Shown here: piece by piece, positions 1 through 9,423 of the stretch
Layout of the letters: every line of letters begins with the position of its first letter
Numbering within the stretch: position 1 is the first letter of the stretch
Assembly: GCA_963722395.1 (NCBI GenBank)
Contig: CAVRLS010000013.1
Span: 129,896 to 193,895, forward strand
Direction of reading: 5' to 3'
Length of the DNA: 64,000 nucleotides
From: an uncultured Acidobacteriota bacterium
GTDB lineage: Bacteria > Acidobacteriota > Vicinamibacteria > Vicinamibacterales > CAVVIG01
Position numbers and translations under genes: made by a program
Notes under the pieces: model-generated
What the model was told of the DNA's origin: nothing
Database searches by the model: none
The model's input: the letters and a program-made list of their open reading frames with translations, nothing else

Positions 1-2
1 CC

Positions 3-311
3 TGGGGCACCGGGGTTCGCCGTGCGCCCGGGACGCCGTCATGGGGCTGGAACCAGGCGGTTGTCTCGAAGGTACAGGTGCCGTTGCTGATGGTGGCCGG
101 CATACACGACGGCCAGGTGCCCGCCGAACGGGTGCGTCAGCTCTACACCGACTACGGCGCTCCCGAGAAGGTGTTGATCGACCTCGGCTGCTCGTCGCAC
201 AACGCGATGTGGGAGAAGAATCACCTCATCCTGTTCAAGGCGACGCTCGAGTGGCTCACCACCGGCACGGTGAACGGCCAGAAGCAGGGCATGTTGAAGA
301 TGGGCTACTAG
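3..311 (+). CDS. alpha/beta-hydrolase family protein, C-terminal fragment (5' end outside window)
   Basis: Reading from the window edge in the frame of ORF 78..311 gives ...WNQAVVSKVQVPLLMVAGIHDGQVP...LGCSSHNAMWEKNH..., a typical C-terminal strand/His region of alpha/beta hydrolases. Confidence 0.55.
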   Translation, partial: WGTGVRRAPGTPSWGWNQAVVSKVQVPLLMVAGIHDGQVPAERVRQLYTDYGAPEKVLIDLGCSSHNAMWEKNHLILFKATLEWLTTGTVNGQKQGMLKMGY

Positions 312-326
312 TACAGATCGGCGCTT

Positions 327-677
327 ATGCCCAAGTTGACAGTCGAAGGTTTCGGGACGGTTGACGTTCCCGCAGGAAAGCGTCTGGTCCTGGCCATCCA
401 GGAGGACGCGAAGGTCGATATCCTTCACGCGTGTGGCGGCAACGCCCGCTGCACGACGTGCCGGATCGAGTTCATCGAAGGAGAGCCGACGACGCACACG
501 GCGGCGGAGGTGGAACGTCTCGCAGCGCGTGCCCTCACTGGCGTCCGGCTTGCGTGCCAGATCGTGTGCGACCACGACATGACGGTGCGCGCCATCAGTC
601 GCCTCGAAGGCAGCGGACGCCCCGACCCGGGGCCGCGGCCGCAGGACGCCATCACTCCAGAACCCCACTGGGTCTGA
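327..677 (+). CDS. 2Fe-2S ferredoxin-like protein
   Basis: Intact 116-aa ORF. Cys cluster HACGGNARCTTCRIEF ... LACQIV matches the plant-type 2Fe-2S binding pattern. Confidence 0.75.
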   Translation: MPKLTVEGFGTVDVPAGKRLVLAIQEDAKVDILHACGGNARCTTCRIEFIEGEPTTHTAAEVERLAARALTGVRLACQIVCDHDMTVRAISRLEGSGRPDPGPRPQDAITPEPHWV

Positions 678-684
678 TGCGGCC

Positions 685-1545
685 ATGAGTGGCCGTCGTG
701 CCGCGATCGCCGCCGTCTGCGCGGCGGTCGCGGCTTTCTCCTCGGTCGCCCGCTCCGCCCCCGGTCCCGTTCCGGACATTCTCGTCTCGCGGCAGCTGCT
801 CGAGTCGCAGCAGTTGCAGGTGGGCGACCTCGTCGCCCTCTCATCCGACACCTCGGGCTCACACCCTCGTTCGTTCCGTGTCGCCGGCCAGTACGAACCG
901 ACGCCGGATCCGATGCGGCTGGGCGCGGTGCGGCTCGAAGTGCGCATGCACCTGCCCGATGTCCTCGACATGACGGCGCCGTCCGACCCGCTCGAAGCCG
1001 AGTCGGTCGATGCCATCAACGTGGTGCTGGCGAAGAACGACGATGCGCGGGCCACCGCACGCCGCCTCGTCAGCCGCTGTGCCGGGTGCCGTGGCGCAGC
1101 GCACCGGCAGCGACGAGCGCCGTGCGGCGCCGTTCGTCGTGCTCGAACGCTTCCACCTCGCCATTGCCATCGTCACGGTGATCGCAAGCAGCGTGTTCCT
1201 GCTCGCGCTGATGCTGATGCTGGTCGACGAACGGCGGGCTACCGTCGGCATGCTGCGGCTGATCGGCTTCCGCCGCTCGCGCATCCTGCAGCATGTGCTG
1301 CGCGGAAGGCGTGGTCATCGCGCATCGCAGGCGCGCTGTTCGGCGTGGTGCTTTCAGTGCTGATGGAGGGCGGCATCAACCGATTCTTCCAGTGGCGTTA
1401 CGACACCGCGCTGGTGTTCGTCCACATTACGCCTGGCGTCGCGCTGCAGTCGGTGGCGGTTGCCGTGCCGCTCGGCGTGCTCGCCATCTTCGCATCGTCG
1501 TGGACGCTGCTGCGCGGCGAGGGGATCTCGCTGACCCGCCGATGA
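685..1545 (+). CDS. FtsX/MacB-type ABC permease (AttF/AttG-like); internal segment out of frame as assembled
   Basis: N- and C-termini are in the frame of ORF 685..1545 (C-terminal TM helices GALFGVVLSVLMEGG...AVPLGVLAIFASSWTLL). The FtsX core VVLERFHLAIAIVTVIASSVFLLALMLMLVDERRATVGMLRLIGFRRSRILQHVL is only readable in ORF 1010..1363, and AEGVVIA in ORF 1293... At least 3 frame switches. Confidence 0.7.
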   Translation: MSGRRAAIAAVCAAVAAFSSVARSAPGPVPDILVSRQLLESQQLQVGDLVALSSDTSGSHPRSFRVAGQYEPTPDPMRLGAVRLEVRMHLPDVLDMTAPSDPLEAESVDAINVVLAKNDDARATARRLVSRCAGCRGAAHRQRRAPCGAVRRARTLPPRHCHRHGDRKQRVPARADADAGRRTAGYRRHAAADRLPPLAHPAACAARKAWSSRIAGALFGVVLSVLMEGGINRFFQWRYDTALVFVHITPGVALQSVAVAVPLGVLAIFASSWTLLRGEGISLTRR

Positions 1546-2741
1546 GAGTCCTGGCGTTCGCGGTCAGGAGTCTGGTGCGGCAGCCGGGCCGCACGGCGCT
1601 CGGCATCATCGGCATCGCCGCTGTCGGTGCACTGCTGTTCGACATGCTGCTGTTGTCGCGCGGGCTGGTGGTGTCGTTTCGCGACCTGCTCGACAGCGTC
1701 GGCTTCGACGTCCGCGTCACCGCCACCGATTCGCCGCTGCTCGGCGGCATCCGCCTGAAGGACGCGACTGGCGCTGGCGCAGATCTGCGGCACTGCCGGC
1801 GATCGCCGAAGCCGTGCCGCTGCGAACCGCCACCGGTGAGGTCTGGCAGACCGGACGGCCGCGTCATTGGCCTGACGCTGACCGGCATGGACCCGGGCGA
1901 ACGGCGACCGTGGACGATGGTCAGCGGTGCCGACCTCGGCTCGAACCTCGACGCCGCCAGGACCTGGTGGTGAACCAGTCGCGATGGACGAGGTCGGCGG
2001 CGCGATCGGCAGAGACGGTCGACGCCTGCGCAGCGGCTGCGACTCCAGCCGTGCCGCCCTCGCCGCCGCGCACCTTCCGCATCGTCGGCGTGGCGCGAGT
2101 TCCCGTTCGACGACGAGGCGCAGCACACGGCGGCGATGACGCGCTCGGCCCTGCGCGAGGCGTGCGGCGACGATCGCGACGAGGCCGACATGCTGCTGGT
2201 GGCGTCGAGCGAGTGGAGCCGCCGACCGCTGTCGCGGCGATCAGGGCGGCGCGTCCAGACCTCGTGCCGGTCACCAACGAACAGATCGTCGCCCGGATGC
2301 AGGCACAGGGCTTCACCTACTTCCGCCAGATCTCGACGGTGCTTTCGACGATCACGATGCTCTTCGGCTTCCTGCTGATCACCGTGCTGCTCACGGTGTC
2401 CGTGAACCAGCGGCTGGCGGAGATCGCCGCGCTGCGTGCGCTCGGCTTCTCGCGCCGACGCGTCGCACTGGACGTGCTGGCGCAGCGGTGCCATGCTGGT
2501 GGGAGCGGGCGGCGTGCTGGCGCTGCCGCTCGGCTTCGCCCTCTCGCTCTGGCTCGACCGGATTCTCAAGGCGATGCCGGGCATTCCTGCGTCGATGCAC
2601 TTCTTCGTGTTCGAGCCGCGTGCGCTGGTGCTCCACGCCGCGCTGCTCGTGACGACGACGCTGCTGGCGTCGGCCTATCCGATGTGGCTGGTCGCCCGCC
2701 TGCCGATTGCGACCACGCTGCGGAACGAGGTGGTGTCGTGA
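1542..2741 (+). pseudogene. second FtsX/MacB-type ABC permease, frameshift-disrupted as assembled
   Basis: Start MRVLAFAVRSLVRQPGRTALGIIGIAAVGALLFDMLLLSRG (ATGA overlap with the upstream stop). FtsX core TVLSTITMLFGFLLITVLLTVSVNQRLAEIAALRALGFSRRRV is in the frame of ORF 1814..3433. C-terminus ...LALPLGFALSLWLDRILK...YPMWLVARLPIATTLRNEVVS is in ORF 2436..2741. Confidence 0.7.
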
Positions 2742-3433
2742 TGGAGCCGCTCATCGAGGCCCGGTCGCTCGGCAAGACGTTTCCGATGGGCGGCGGGTCC
2801 GGTGCACGCGCTGCGCGACATGTTCGCGTGCAGATTGCGGCCGGCGAGTACCTGACGATTCGTGGACCATCCGGCTGCGGCAAGTCGACGCTGCTGCACA
2901 TCCTCGGCTGCGTCGATACGCCAAGTTCAGCGGCGCGCTGCACTTCGACGGACGCGACGTCAGCGCGCTGCGCTGACCGTGCGCGCAGCGATCTGCGGCT
3001 GCGCAGCATCGGCTTCGTCTTCCAGCGCTTCTTCCTGCTGCCGATGCTGACCGCCGCGGAGAACGTCGACGTGCCGCAGGCGGAGGCCGGCGTGCCGCGC
3101 GCCGACCGGAAGCGCCGCACGGCCGAACTGCTCGACTACGTCGGGCTCGGCCACCGCGCCAATCACCGGCCATCGCAGCTGTCAGGTGGCGAAGCACAGC
3201 GTGTGGCAATCGCGCGTGCCCTGGCCAACCGTCCGCGCCTGCTGCTCGCCGACGAGCCGACGGGTGAACTCGATCGCGCCAACGGCGAACAGATCGCCGA
3301 ACTGCTCGACCGCGTGCAGGCCGACGGCACGACGGTCGTTGTCGTCACCCACGATGTGGCCCTGGCCGAGCGCGCCGCCCGGCGGCTGGTGATGCGCGAC
3401 GGTCTGATCGAACGCGAGGAGCACGCGCCGTGA
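2741..3433 (+). CDS. ABC transporter ATP-binding protein (LolD/MacB/AttE-like); two short compensated out-of-frame stretches
   Basis: Walker A GPSGCGKSTLLHILG, signature LSGGEAQRVAIARAL, Walker B LLLADEPTGELD, VVVVTHD. Near 2795-2825 and 2920-2960 the expected residues (PVHALRD; GALHFDGRDVSAL) are readable only in other frames. Confidence 0.85.
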   Translation: MEPLIEARSLGKTFPMGGGSGARAARHVRVQIAAGEYLTIRGPSGCGKSTLLHILGCVDTPSSAARCTSTDATSARCADRARSDLRLRSIGFVFQRFFLLPMLTAAENVDVPQAEAGVPRADRKRRTAELLDYVGLGHRANHRPSQLSGGEAQRVAIARALANRPRLLLADEPTGELDRANGEQIAELLDRVQADGTTVVVVTHDVALAERAARRLVMRDGLIEREEHAP

Positions 3434-4827
3434 TCCTGACGATGGCGTGGAAGTCGCTGCTTGCGCATCCCATCCGCACGGTCGTGCTGGGTGTCGGCTT
3501 CGGCCTCGGCGTGTCGGTGATGGCCACCCTGCTCGGCGTCGGCGAGGTGGTGCTCGAGCAGGCGCGTTCGCCGAAGCTGGCCGGCGGGGGCGATCTGCTT
3601 GTCACCAGCCTCGCCGGACCGGTGACGTCGGCGCGCCACGTGCTGTCGCGCGTCCTCGGCGACCCGGGCGTCGCCGCCGCGTCGCCGCGCCGCCGCGCCG
3701 ATCTGTTCCTGGTCAGGCCGGACGGGCAGGTGGTGCCGGTCGTGGCGCACGGCGGTATTCCCAGCCTGGAGCGCAGCATCGGCGACCCCGAAACTGCGGC
3801 GGTGGCGGCGTGGGTCGATACGCCGGCGGACGCGGCCTGGGCGAAGCCCGACCCGGCGGACGTGCTCCGCGCGATGGACCGCTTCCGCGCCGTACCCGAC
3901 GGCCCTGAGTCTGTCCAGCGGCCGGGGCGTGCCGCGTCGTGGGCGGAGTGGCTCTATTTCAAGGGGCGATCGGGCGACGCGCAGTTCTACATGACGTTCC
4001 TTGCCGGTCCCCGGCTGGATGGAGGGCGCCGCGTCGCTGGCGTCCGATTCCAGCTCGAACGCAACGGGATCACCGAAACCTTCGGTGCGTCGACCCAACT
4101 CGTTGAGGCCGACCTGCTGCGGAGCGCGCCGGACATGACGGTCGCCGGCGCGAGCGTCAGGCTCGAAGGGTTGCGCTATCACGTCACCATGGACCTGCCT
4201 CGGCTCGAGGCTGGTATGCCCGGCCGTGTAACCGGCGACTTCGTCGTCGAAGCGGTCCCAGGTCGATCGCTGCCGCCGATTGAGCTGCGGGGTGCGGGCG
4301 GCTGGGTGTCGGGCTACACCGTGCCGGTGATGTCGGGACCGCTGACCGGAGCAATCGTCGTGAACGGCGCCAGGGTCGACCTGAACGGCACGGGCTACCA
4401 CGATCACAACTGGGGGTTCTGGCAGGGCGTGTCGTGGCGATGGGGCCAGGTGCAGCACGAGGGCCTGTCGTTCGTCTACGGCCGGGTCATTCCGCCGGCC
4501 GACGCGGCCGATCCGGAGCGGATGCCCGGCTTCCTTGTCGCGCTCGGCCCCGACGGTCCGATCGGCTATGCGACGCGCGTGCGGATCGAGGAGACCGATG
4601 AACCAGGCACGTCGCGGCCACGGCGCATCGTCGTCACCGGACGCGCGCGCGACTTCGAACTGACGATGGACATTGCGGTCGAGAGCGTCATCCTCAACAG
4701 GGGCGGCGCACTGTCGGCCGGTCCCGACTTCCTGCAGATGCGCGCGCAGTACACCGTGAAGGGACGGGTGGGCGGGCAGGACGTCGCGTTCACGGCGCCA
4801 GGCGCTGCCGAGACCTTCCGCGAGTGA
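3430..4827 (+). CDS. AttH/CrtC (hydroxyneurosporene-synthase)-like lipocalin-domain protein with N-terminal FtsX-type TM anchor
   Basis: Intact 465-aa ORF with GTGA overlap to the ATPase stop. The N-terminus MAWKSLLAHPIRTVVLGVGFGLGVSVMATLLG resembles the first TM of MacB/FtsX permeases. The body contains GTGYHDHNWGFWQG, which I associate with the CrtC/AttH family. Confidence 0.55.
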   Translation: MILTMAWKSLLAHPIRTVVLGVGFGLGVSVMATLLGVGEVVLEQARSPKLAGGGDLLVTSLAGPVTSARHVLSRVLGDPGVAAASPRRRADLFLVRPDGQVVPVVAHGGIPSLERSIGDPETAAVAAWVDTPADAAWAKPDPADVLRAMDRFRAVPDGPESVQRPGRAASWAEWLYFKGRSGDAQFYMTFLAGPRLDGGRRVAGVRFQLERNGITETFGASTQLVEADLLRSAPDMTVAGASVRLEGLRYHVTMDLPRLEAGMPGRVTGDFVVEAVPGRSLPPIELRGAGGWVSGYTVPVMSGPLTGAIVVNGARVDLNGTGYHDHNWGFWQGVSWRWGQVQHEGLSFVYGRVIPPADAADPERMPGFLVALGPDGPIGYATRVRIEETDEPGTSRPRRIVVTGRARDFELTMDIAVESVILNRGGALSAGPDFLQMRAQYTVKGRVGGQDVAFTAPGAAETFRE

Positions 4828-4829
4828 TC

Positions 4830-4911
4830 GTCGCGGACCTGAAGGTCCGCAGCTACGATCGACGCCGAGCAGCCCCCACTTCATGACGTAGCTGCCGACC
4901 TTCAGGTCGGC
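4830..4911. repeat. REP-like double-hairpin element, copy 1 (GCGGACC-TGAA-GGTCCGC ... GCCGACC-TTCA-GGTCGGC)
   Basis: The 28-mer gtcgcggacctgaaggtccgcagctacg (4830-4857) is identical to 50663-50690. The second arm 4887-4911 is its near-perfect inverted copy. Lies between convergent genes and overlaps the last ~60 nt of the rluD-like ORF. Confidence 0.8.
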
Positions 4912-5920
4912 TGGTAGCCATCTGCAATCCGCACTCGTCCATGAGCTGCCGCAGGTCGTCTGGCAGCGGCGCCTCCACTTCGATCCGCTCCTGCGTGAAC
5001 GGATGCGCGAAGGCCACGCGCCAGGAGTGCAGCGCCTGACGCGGGAAGCGCTCGAGCGCCTTGCGGTGCTCCTCGTCCAGGCATCGTTGCCACCGCGGTT
5101 CGCCGTACTTGGGGTCGCCCACCAGCGGCCACCCACTGGCCGCCATGTGCACCCGCACCTGATGCATGCGTCCTGTCACGATCTGGCAGCGCATCAGTGC
5201 GACGGGACACCCGCTGCTGTCTGCCTGAGCCAGCCGTTCGAAGCGCGTGAGGCTGGCGAGCCCCTCGCTCGCGGTGGCGACGACGCGGCGCCGATCGTCC
5301 GGGTGACGGCGCAGTCGCAGGTCGATGCTGCCACGCTCTCGGTCGACGGGACCGTACACCACCGCCAGATACGACTTCTCGCTGAACGACGAGGTGAGCG
5401 TGCGCTGCAGCTGCGCATGTGCCTCGGGTGTCTTGGCGACGATGAGCAGGCCCGATGTCAGCTTGTCGAGCCGGCCGACGAGCGAAGGCCGCTGGCCTGC
5501 CGGCCAGTCGCTCGCGTAGTGAAGCACGACGTTCAGCAGCGATCCGCCGGTGTGGAGGAACGTGGGGTGCGAGACCACACCCGCAGGCTTGTTGACGATG
5601 AGCAGATGCGCGTCCTCGAACAGGCAGTCGAGGCGCCCGGGTTCGGCCAGTACGGGAGCGCGCGGCTGCTCATCGGGCAGTTCCACGATGATGGTGTCGC
5701 CGTGGGCGGCTCGGGTTGAAACGCGGCGCACGACCTCGCCGTTGATCGTCACGCGGCCGTCCTCGATCCAGGCCTGCACGCGCGAGCGGGTCGCCCTGCT
5801 GAGGTCGGTGAGGTGCCGCCGGATGACGAGGTCCACGCGGCCACCGGCATCGCCCCGATCGGCGGTGACGACTCGGGGTGGCAGAGGCATCTGCCATCGT
5901 ACTCGGTCAGTTGGGTCCAC
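4853..5920 (-). CDS. rluD: RluA/RluD-family 23S rRNA pseudouridine synthase (S4 domain + catalytic domain)
   Basis: Intact ORF with RVDLVIRRHL...SRSRVQAWIEDGRVTINGE (S4-like), LLIVNKPAGVVSHP, and the catalytic motif LVGRLDKLTSGLLIVAK. Alternative start at 5890 (MPLPPRV). The C-terminal ~20 codons are encoded by the REP element. Confidence 0.85.
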   Translation of the reverse strand: MDPTDRVRWQMPLPPRVVTADRGDAGGRVDLVIRRHLTDLSRATRSRVQAWIEDGRVTINGEVVRRVSTRAAHGDTIIVELPDEQPRAPVLAEPGRLDCLFEDAHLLIVNKPAGVVSHPTFLHTGGSLLNVVLHYASDWPAGQRPSLVGRLDKLTSGLLIVAKTPEAHAQLQRTLTSSFSEKSYLAVVYGPVDRERGSIDLRLRRHPDDRRRVVATASEGLASLTRFERLAQADSSGCPVALMRCQIVTGRMHQVRVHMAASGWPLVGDPKYGEPRWQRCLDEEHRKALERFPRQALHSWRVAFAHPFTQERIEVEAPLPDDLRQLMDECGLQMATSRPEGRQLRHEVGAARRRS

Positions 5921-5951
5921 AACGGGGCGCTACACTCACAGGGTGACTGCC

Positions 5952-7397
5952 ATGTCCCAGCATCAGCGGCTTGCCGCCATTGCCGCCGCCGCGATGCGCG
6001 AGCGCGGACTCGAGCCCGAGTTTCCGGCAGAGGCGATGGCTCAGGCCGCGGCCGTCGGTCCGACCCCTCCCTCGGAGCCGGTGCGCGACCTGCGTGGTCT
6101 GCCCTGGTGTTCCATCGACAACGACGACTCGCGCGATCTCGACCAGCTGTCGGTGGCAGAGCCGCTCGCCGGCGGGCGAACGCGTCTGCTGGTGGCCATC
6201 GCCGACGTCGATACGGCGGCACCGAAGGACTCGCCGATCGATCGGCACGCCGCAGTCAACACGACGTCGGTCTACACCCCGGCGCGCGTGTTTCCGATGA
6301 TTCCGCCGCGGCTATCCACCGACCTCACCTCGCTCAATGCGGACGTCGATCGGGCAGCGGTTATCGTCGAGTTCACGGTCGGTCCTGACGGCGACGTCGA
6401 ACACGACGATGTGTACGGCGCACTGGTGCGGAACCAGGCCCGCCTGGTCTACGAGGACATCGACGCGTTCCTGGCGGGGCGGGCGGAACTGCCGCCCGAG
6501 GGGCGAGCGCCCGGTGTCCGCGACCAGTTGATAGTGCAGGACGCGGCGGCGCGGCTGCTTTCGAAGCACCGTCACGAACTGGGCGCACTCGATTTCGAAC
6601 TCCAGGAAACGCGTGTTCGCTTCGCCGGCGACCATCTGGAAGGGCTGGCCGCACAGTCGCCGAACCGGGCCAAGATCCTGATCGAGAACCTGATGATTGC
6701 GGCCAACGGGGCCGTGGCCCGCTTCCTCGACCGCAACAACTCGCCGTCGATCCGCCGCGTGGTCGAGCAGCCGGCCCGCTGGGATCGCATCGTCGCCATC
6801 GCCGCCACTCTCGGGGCAGCGCTGCCGTCGATGCCCGACGCCCTGGCGCTCTCGCAATTCCTGGCCCGGCGGAAGGCGGCGGACCCGGACGATTTCCATG
6901 AGTTGTCGCACGCCGTCATCCGCCTGGTCGGTGCCGGTCAGTATCTGGTCGACACGCCGCAGACCGTGGCGCCTGGGCATTTTGCGCTGGCCGTGAAGGA
7001 CTACGCGCATTCCACCGCACCGAATCGCCGTTACTCGGACCTGTTGACCCAGCGCCTGATGAAGGCAGTGCTGCGCGGCAAGCCTGCGCCGTACTCGGTG
7101 GACGAACTGGTGGCACACGCGCGCCGCTGCACCAAGCGTGAGGACGATGCGAACCGGGTCGAACGGCAGGTGCGGAAGTCGGCTGCGGCCATGCTCGTCG
7201 CCGACCGCATCGGTCAGCGCTTCCCGGCCATCGTCACCGGCGCCTCACCGAAAGGCACCTACCTGCGGACGCTGGCGCCCCATATCGAAGGGCGTCTGGT
7301 GAAGGGTGAAGCCGGGCTCGACGTCGGCGATCGGGTGACGGTGCTGCTGTCCGCCGTGAACGTCGACCGGGGCTTCATCGACTTCGCGGTCGGCTAG
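5952..7397 (+). CDS. RNB-domain exoribonuclease (RNase II/R family) with C-terminal S1-like domain
   Basis: Start MSQHQRL inside ORF 5550..7397 (upstream part is antisense to rluD). Motifs SIDNDDSRDLDQ, VYTPARVFPMIPP, HFALAVKDYAHSTAPNRRYSDLLTQR. C-terminal FPAIVTGASPKGTYLR...DRVTVLLSAVNVDRGFIDF. Confidence 0.85.
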   Translation: MSQHQRLAAIAAAAMRERGLEPEFPAEAMAQAAAVGPTPPSEPVRDLRGLPWCSIDNDDSRDLDQLSVAEPLAGGRTRLLVAIADVDTAAPKDSPIDRHAAVNTTSVYTPARVFPMIPPRLSTDLTSLNADVDRAAVIVEFTVGPDGDVEHDDVYGALVRNQARLVYEDIDAFLAGRAELPPEGRAPGVRDQLIVQDAAARLLSKHRHELGALDFELQETRVRFAGDHLEGLAAQSPNRAKILIENLMIAANGAVARFLDRNNSPSIRRVVEQPARWDRIVAIAATLGAALPSMPDALALSQFLARRKAADPDDFHELSHAVIRLVGAGQYLVDTPQTVAPGHFALAVKDYAHSTAPNRRYSDLLTQRLMKAVLRGKPAPYSVDELVAHARRCTKREDDANRVERQVRKSAAAMLVADRIGQRFPAIVTGASPKGTYLRTLAPHIEGRLVKGEAGLDVGDRVTVLLSAVNVDRGFIDFAVG

Positions 7398-7488
7398 CCG
7401 GTTTCCGTATCAGGCGTGGCGTCCGGCTTCTGCTGCACGCCAGGCGGTATCCGATTTGCCTCTGACCTGAACATCCGGAGGTAGGCAC

Positions 7489-8055
7489 ATGGATTCGGCA
7501 ACTGTTGCGGCGGTCGTCATTGTCGGTCTGCTGGGAGCCTGGGGGGTGTGGTTTGCGGTTCGGGCCTTCGCAATCCGGCGCCGCCTGCTAGGCGACCGGG
7601 TGGTGACCTGCCCTGAAACCGGACAGCCGGTGATGGTCCACATCGACGTCGCCCTGGCCATCACCAGCGACGACGGCTCGGCGCCAGCACCACTCGATGC
7701 CTGCTCGCGCTGGGCCGCCAGAGGGAAGTGCGACCAGCCGTGCGTCTGCGCGGCGCACCTGCCGGCCAGCTTGGCGTCAGCCCTGGTGAAGGCCTGGGCG
7801 AAGGACCGGACGTGCACGACCTGCGGCGGAGAGGTGGTGGAGCACTCGTTCGTCGGCCACCACATCGCCTTGCTCGAGCCGGGCGGCCTGACACGTGAGT
7901 GGGCGGACGTCGCCGGCGAGCAACTGCCGCTCGCGCTCGCGACGTGCCTCCCGATCTGCTGGAACTGCCATCAGGCCGCGACGTTCCGCCGCCTGCATCC
8001 GGAACTGGTCATCGACCGCGGGCACCTCACCGTGCGCGCGGACCTGCCGCGATGA
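7489..8055 (+). CDS. hypothetical membrane-anchored cysteine-rich protein
   Basis: Intact 188-aa ORF. N-terminal TM helix (AAVVIVGLLGAWGVWFAV), then Cys motifs CPETG, CSRW..GKCDQPCVC, CTTCGG, CLPICWNCH. No family recognised. Confidence 0.45.
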   Translation: MDSATVAAVVIVGLLGAWGVWFAVRAFAIRRRLLGDRVVTCPETGQPVMVHIDVALAITSDDGSAPAPLDACSRWAARGKCDQPCVCAAHLPASLASALVKAWAKDRTCTTCGGEVVEHSFVGHHIALLEPGGLTREWADVAGEQLPLALATCLPICWNCHQAATFRRLHPELVIDRGHLTVRADLPR

Positions 8056-8097
8056 AACTCGGCAGCTCAAGGTCGGCAGCGACGTCCCCTACAGCGT

Positions 8098-9334
8098 CTA
8101 TCGCAGCGTCCGGAAGAACTCCCGCACATCGGTCACCAGCAACTCCGGTTGCTCGAGCGCCGCGAAGTGCCCGCCGCGCGGCATCGGCGTCCAGCGCACG
8201 AGGTTGTAGCGCGCCTCTACCCACTTGCGGGGCGGCGTGGTGATCTCCTTCGGGAACAGTGCGCACGCGGTCGGCACGGTCACCCGTCCGGTGACGGGCG
8301 GCGCCACGCGGCTTTCATAGTAGATGCGCGTCGACGAGGTCGCGGTCTGCGTCGCCCAGTAGATGGTGATGTTCGTCAGCAGGTCGTCCTTCGAGAAGCG
8401 GCTCTCGATGTTGTCGCCGCAGTCGCACCACGCATGGAACTTCTCGACAATCCACGAGGCGAGCCCGGCCGGTGAATCATTGAGTCCGACCCCGAGCGTC
8501 TGCGGCTTGGTGCCCTGGATCTGCTGATAGGCGCGCTCCTGCTCCATGACGGGCGTTCGTCTCGTTCATCAGCCTGACTTCAGCCTCCGGCACACCGTCG
8601 AGTGGATTGGCAACGCCAGCCGGCGCAGGTGTCGTGCAGAAGTTCAGGTGCAGCCCCGCCACATGTGGCGCGTCGTCGAGCGCGATGATGCGGCTGATGA
8701 TGCCGCCCCAGTCGCCGCCCTGCACGCCGTATTTCGTGTAGCCCAATCGCGCCATGAGCTTCGCGATGATGCCGGCCATCTTCTGCGGGCTATAGCCGCG
8801 CTCGGCCGGGTGCCCCGAGAAGCCGAAGCCCGGCAGCGAGATCGCGACGACGTTGAAGGCGTCCTCCGCCCTGCCGCCGTGCGCCACCGGATCGGTGAGC
8901 GGGCCGATGACCTTGTGGAACTCGTAGATCGAGCCGGGCCATCCGTGCGTCAGCGCGAGCGGCATGGCGTTGGGCAGCTTCGATTTCTGGTGGATGAAGT
9001 GAATGGTCAGGCCGTCGATCGTCGTGGTGAACTGATCGAACTGGTTCAGCTTGCGCTCCTGGGCGCGCCAGTCGAACGTGTCGCGCCAGTACTCGACCAG
9101 CGGCTTCAGGTAGCCCGGGTCCGTGCCGTAATCCCAGCCGACGTTCTGTAGTTGATCGGGGAAGCGCGTGCGCGCGAGCCGATCCTTCAAGTCGCGCAGG
9201 ACCGCGTCTGGCACGTTGATTCGGTAGGGGACGATTGCCTCACCGGCCGGCGTCGCAGCCTGCCCGGAAAGAGGAGCAACGCCCGCCGCCGCGAGCAGCA
9301 GGGCAAGGAGAGCGCCGCGCGTGATGTTCCGCAT
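8098..9334 (-). pseudogene. microsomal-type epoxide hydrolase (EHN N-terminal domain + alpha/beta fold), one frame break near 8550
   Basis: ORF 8477..9334 carries a signal peptide, then PYRINVPDAVLRDLKDRLARTRFP, HGWPGSIYEF, GGDWGG. ORF 8098..8547 continues with QIQGTKPQTLGVGLNDSPAGLASWIVEKF...GGHFAALEQPELL. The two join if one base is removed around 8549-8556. Confidence 0.85.
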
Positions 9335-9423
9335 GGGCAGAGAGTGTAGATCAGGGCGCCGGACGGCGTGCGGTCTCGTCCTGGGACTGACGCTGGTGAC
9401 CTGCGACTCCCAGCGAACGAACG

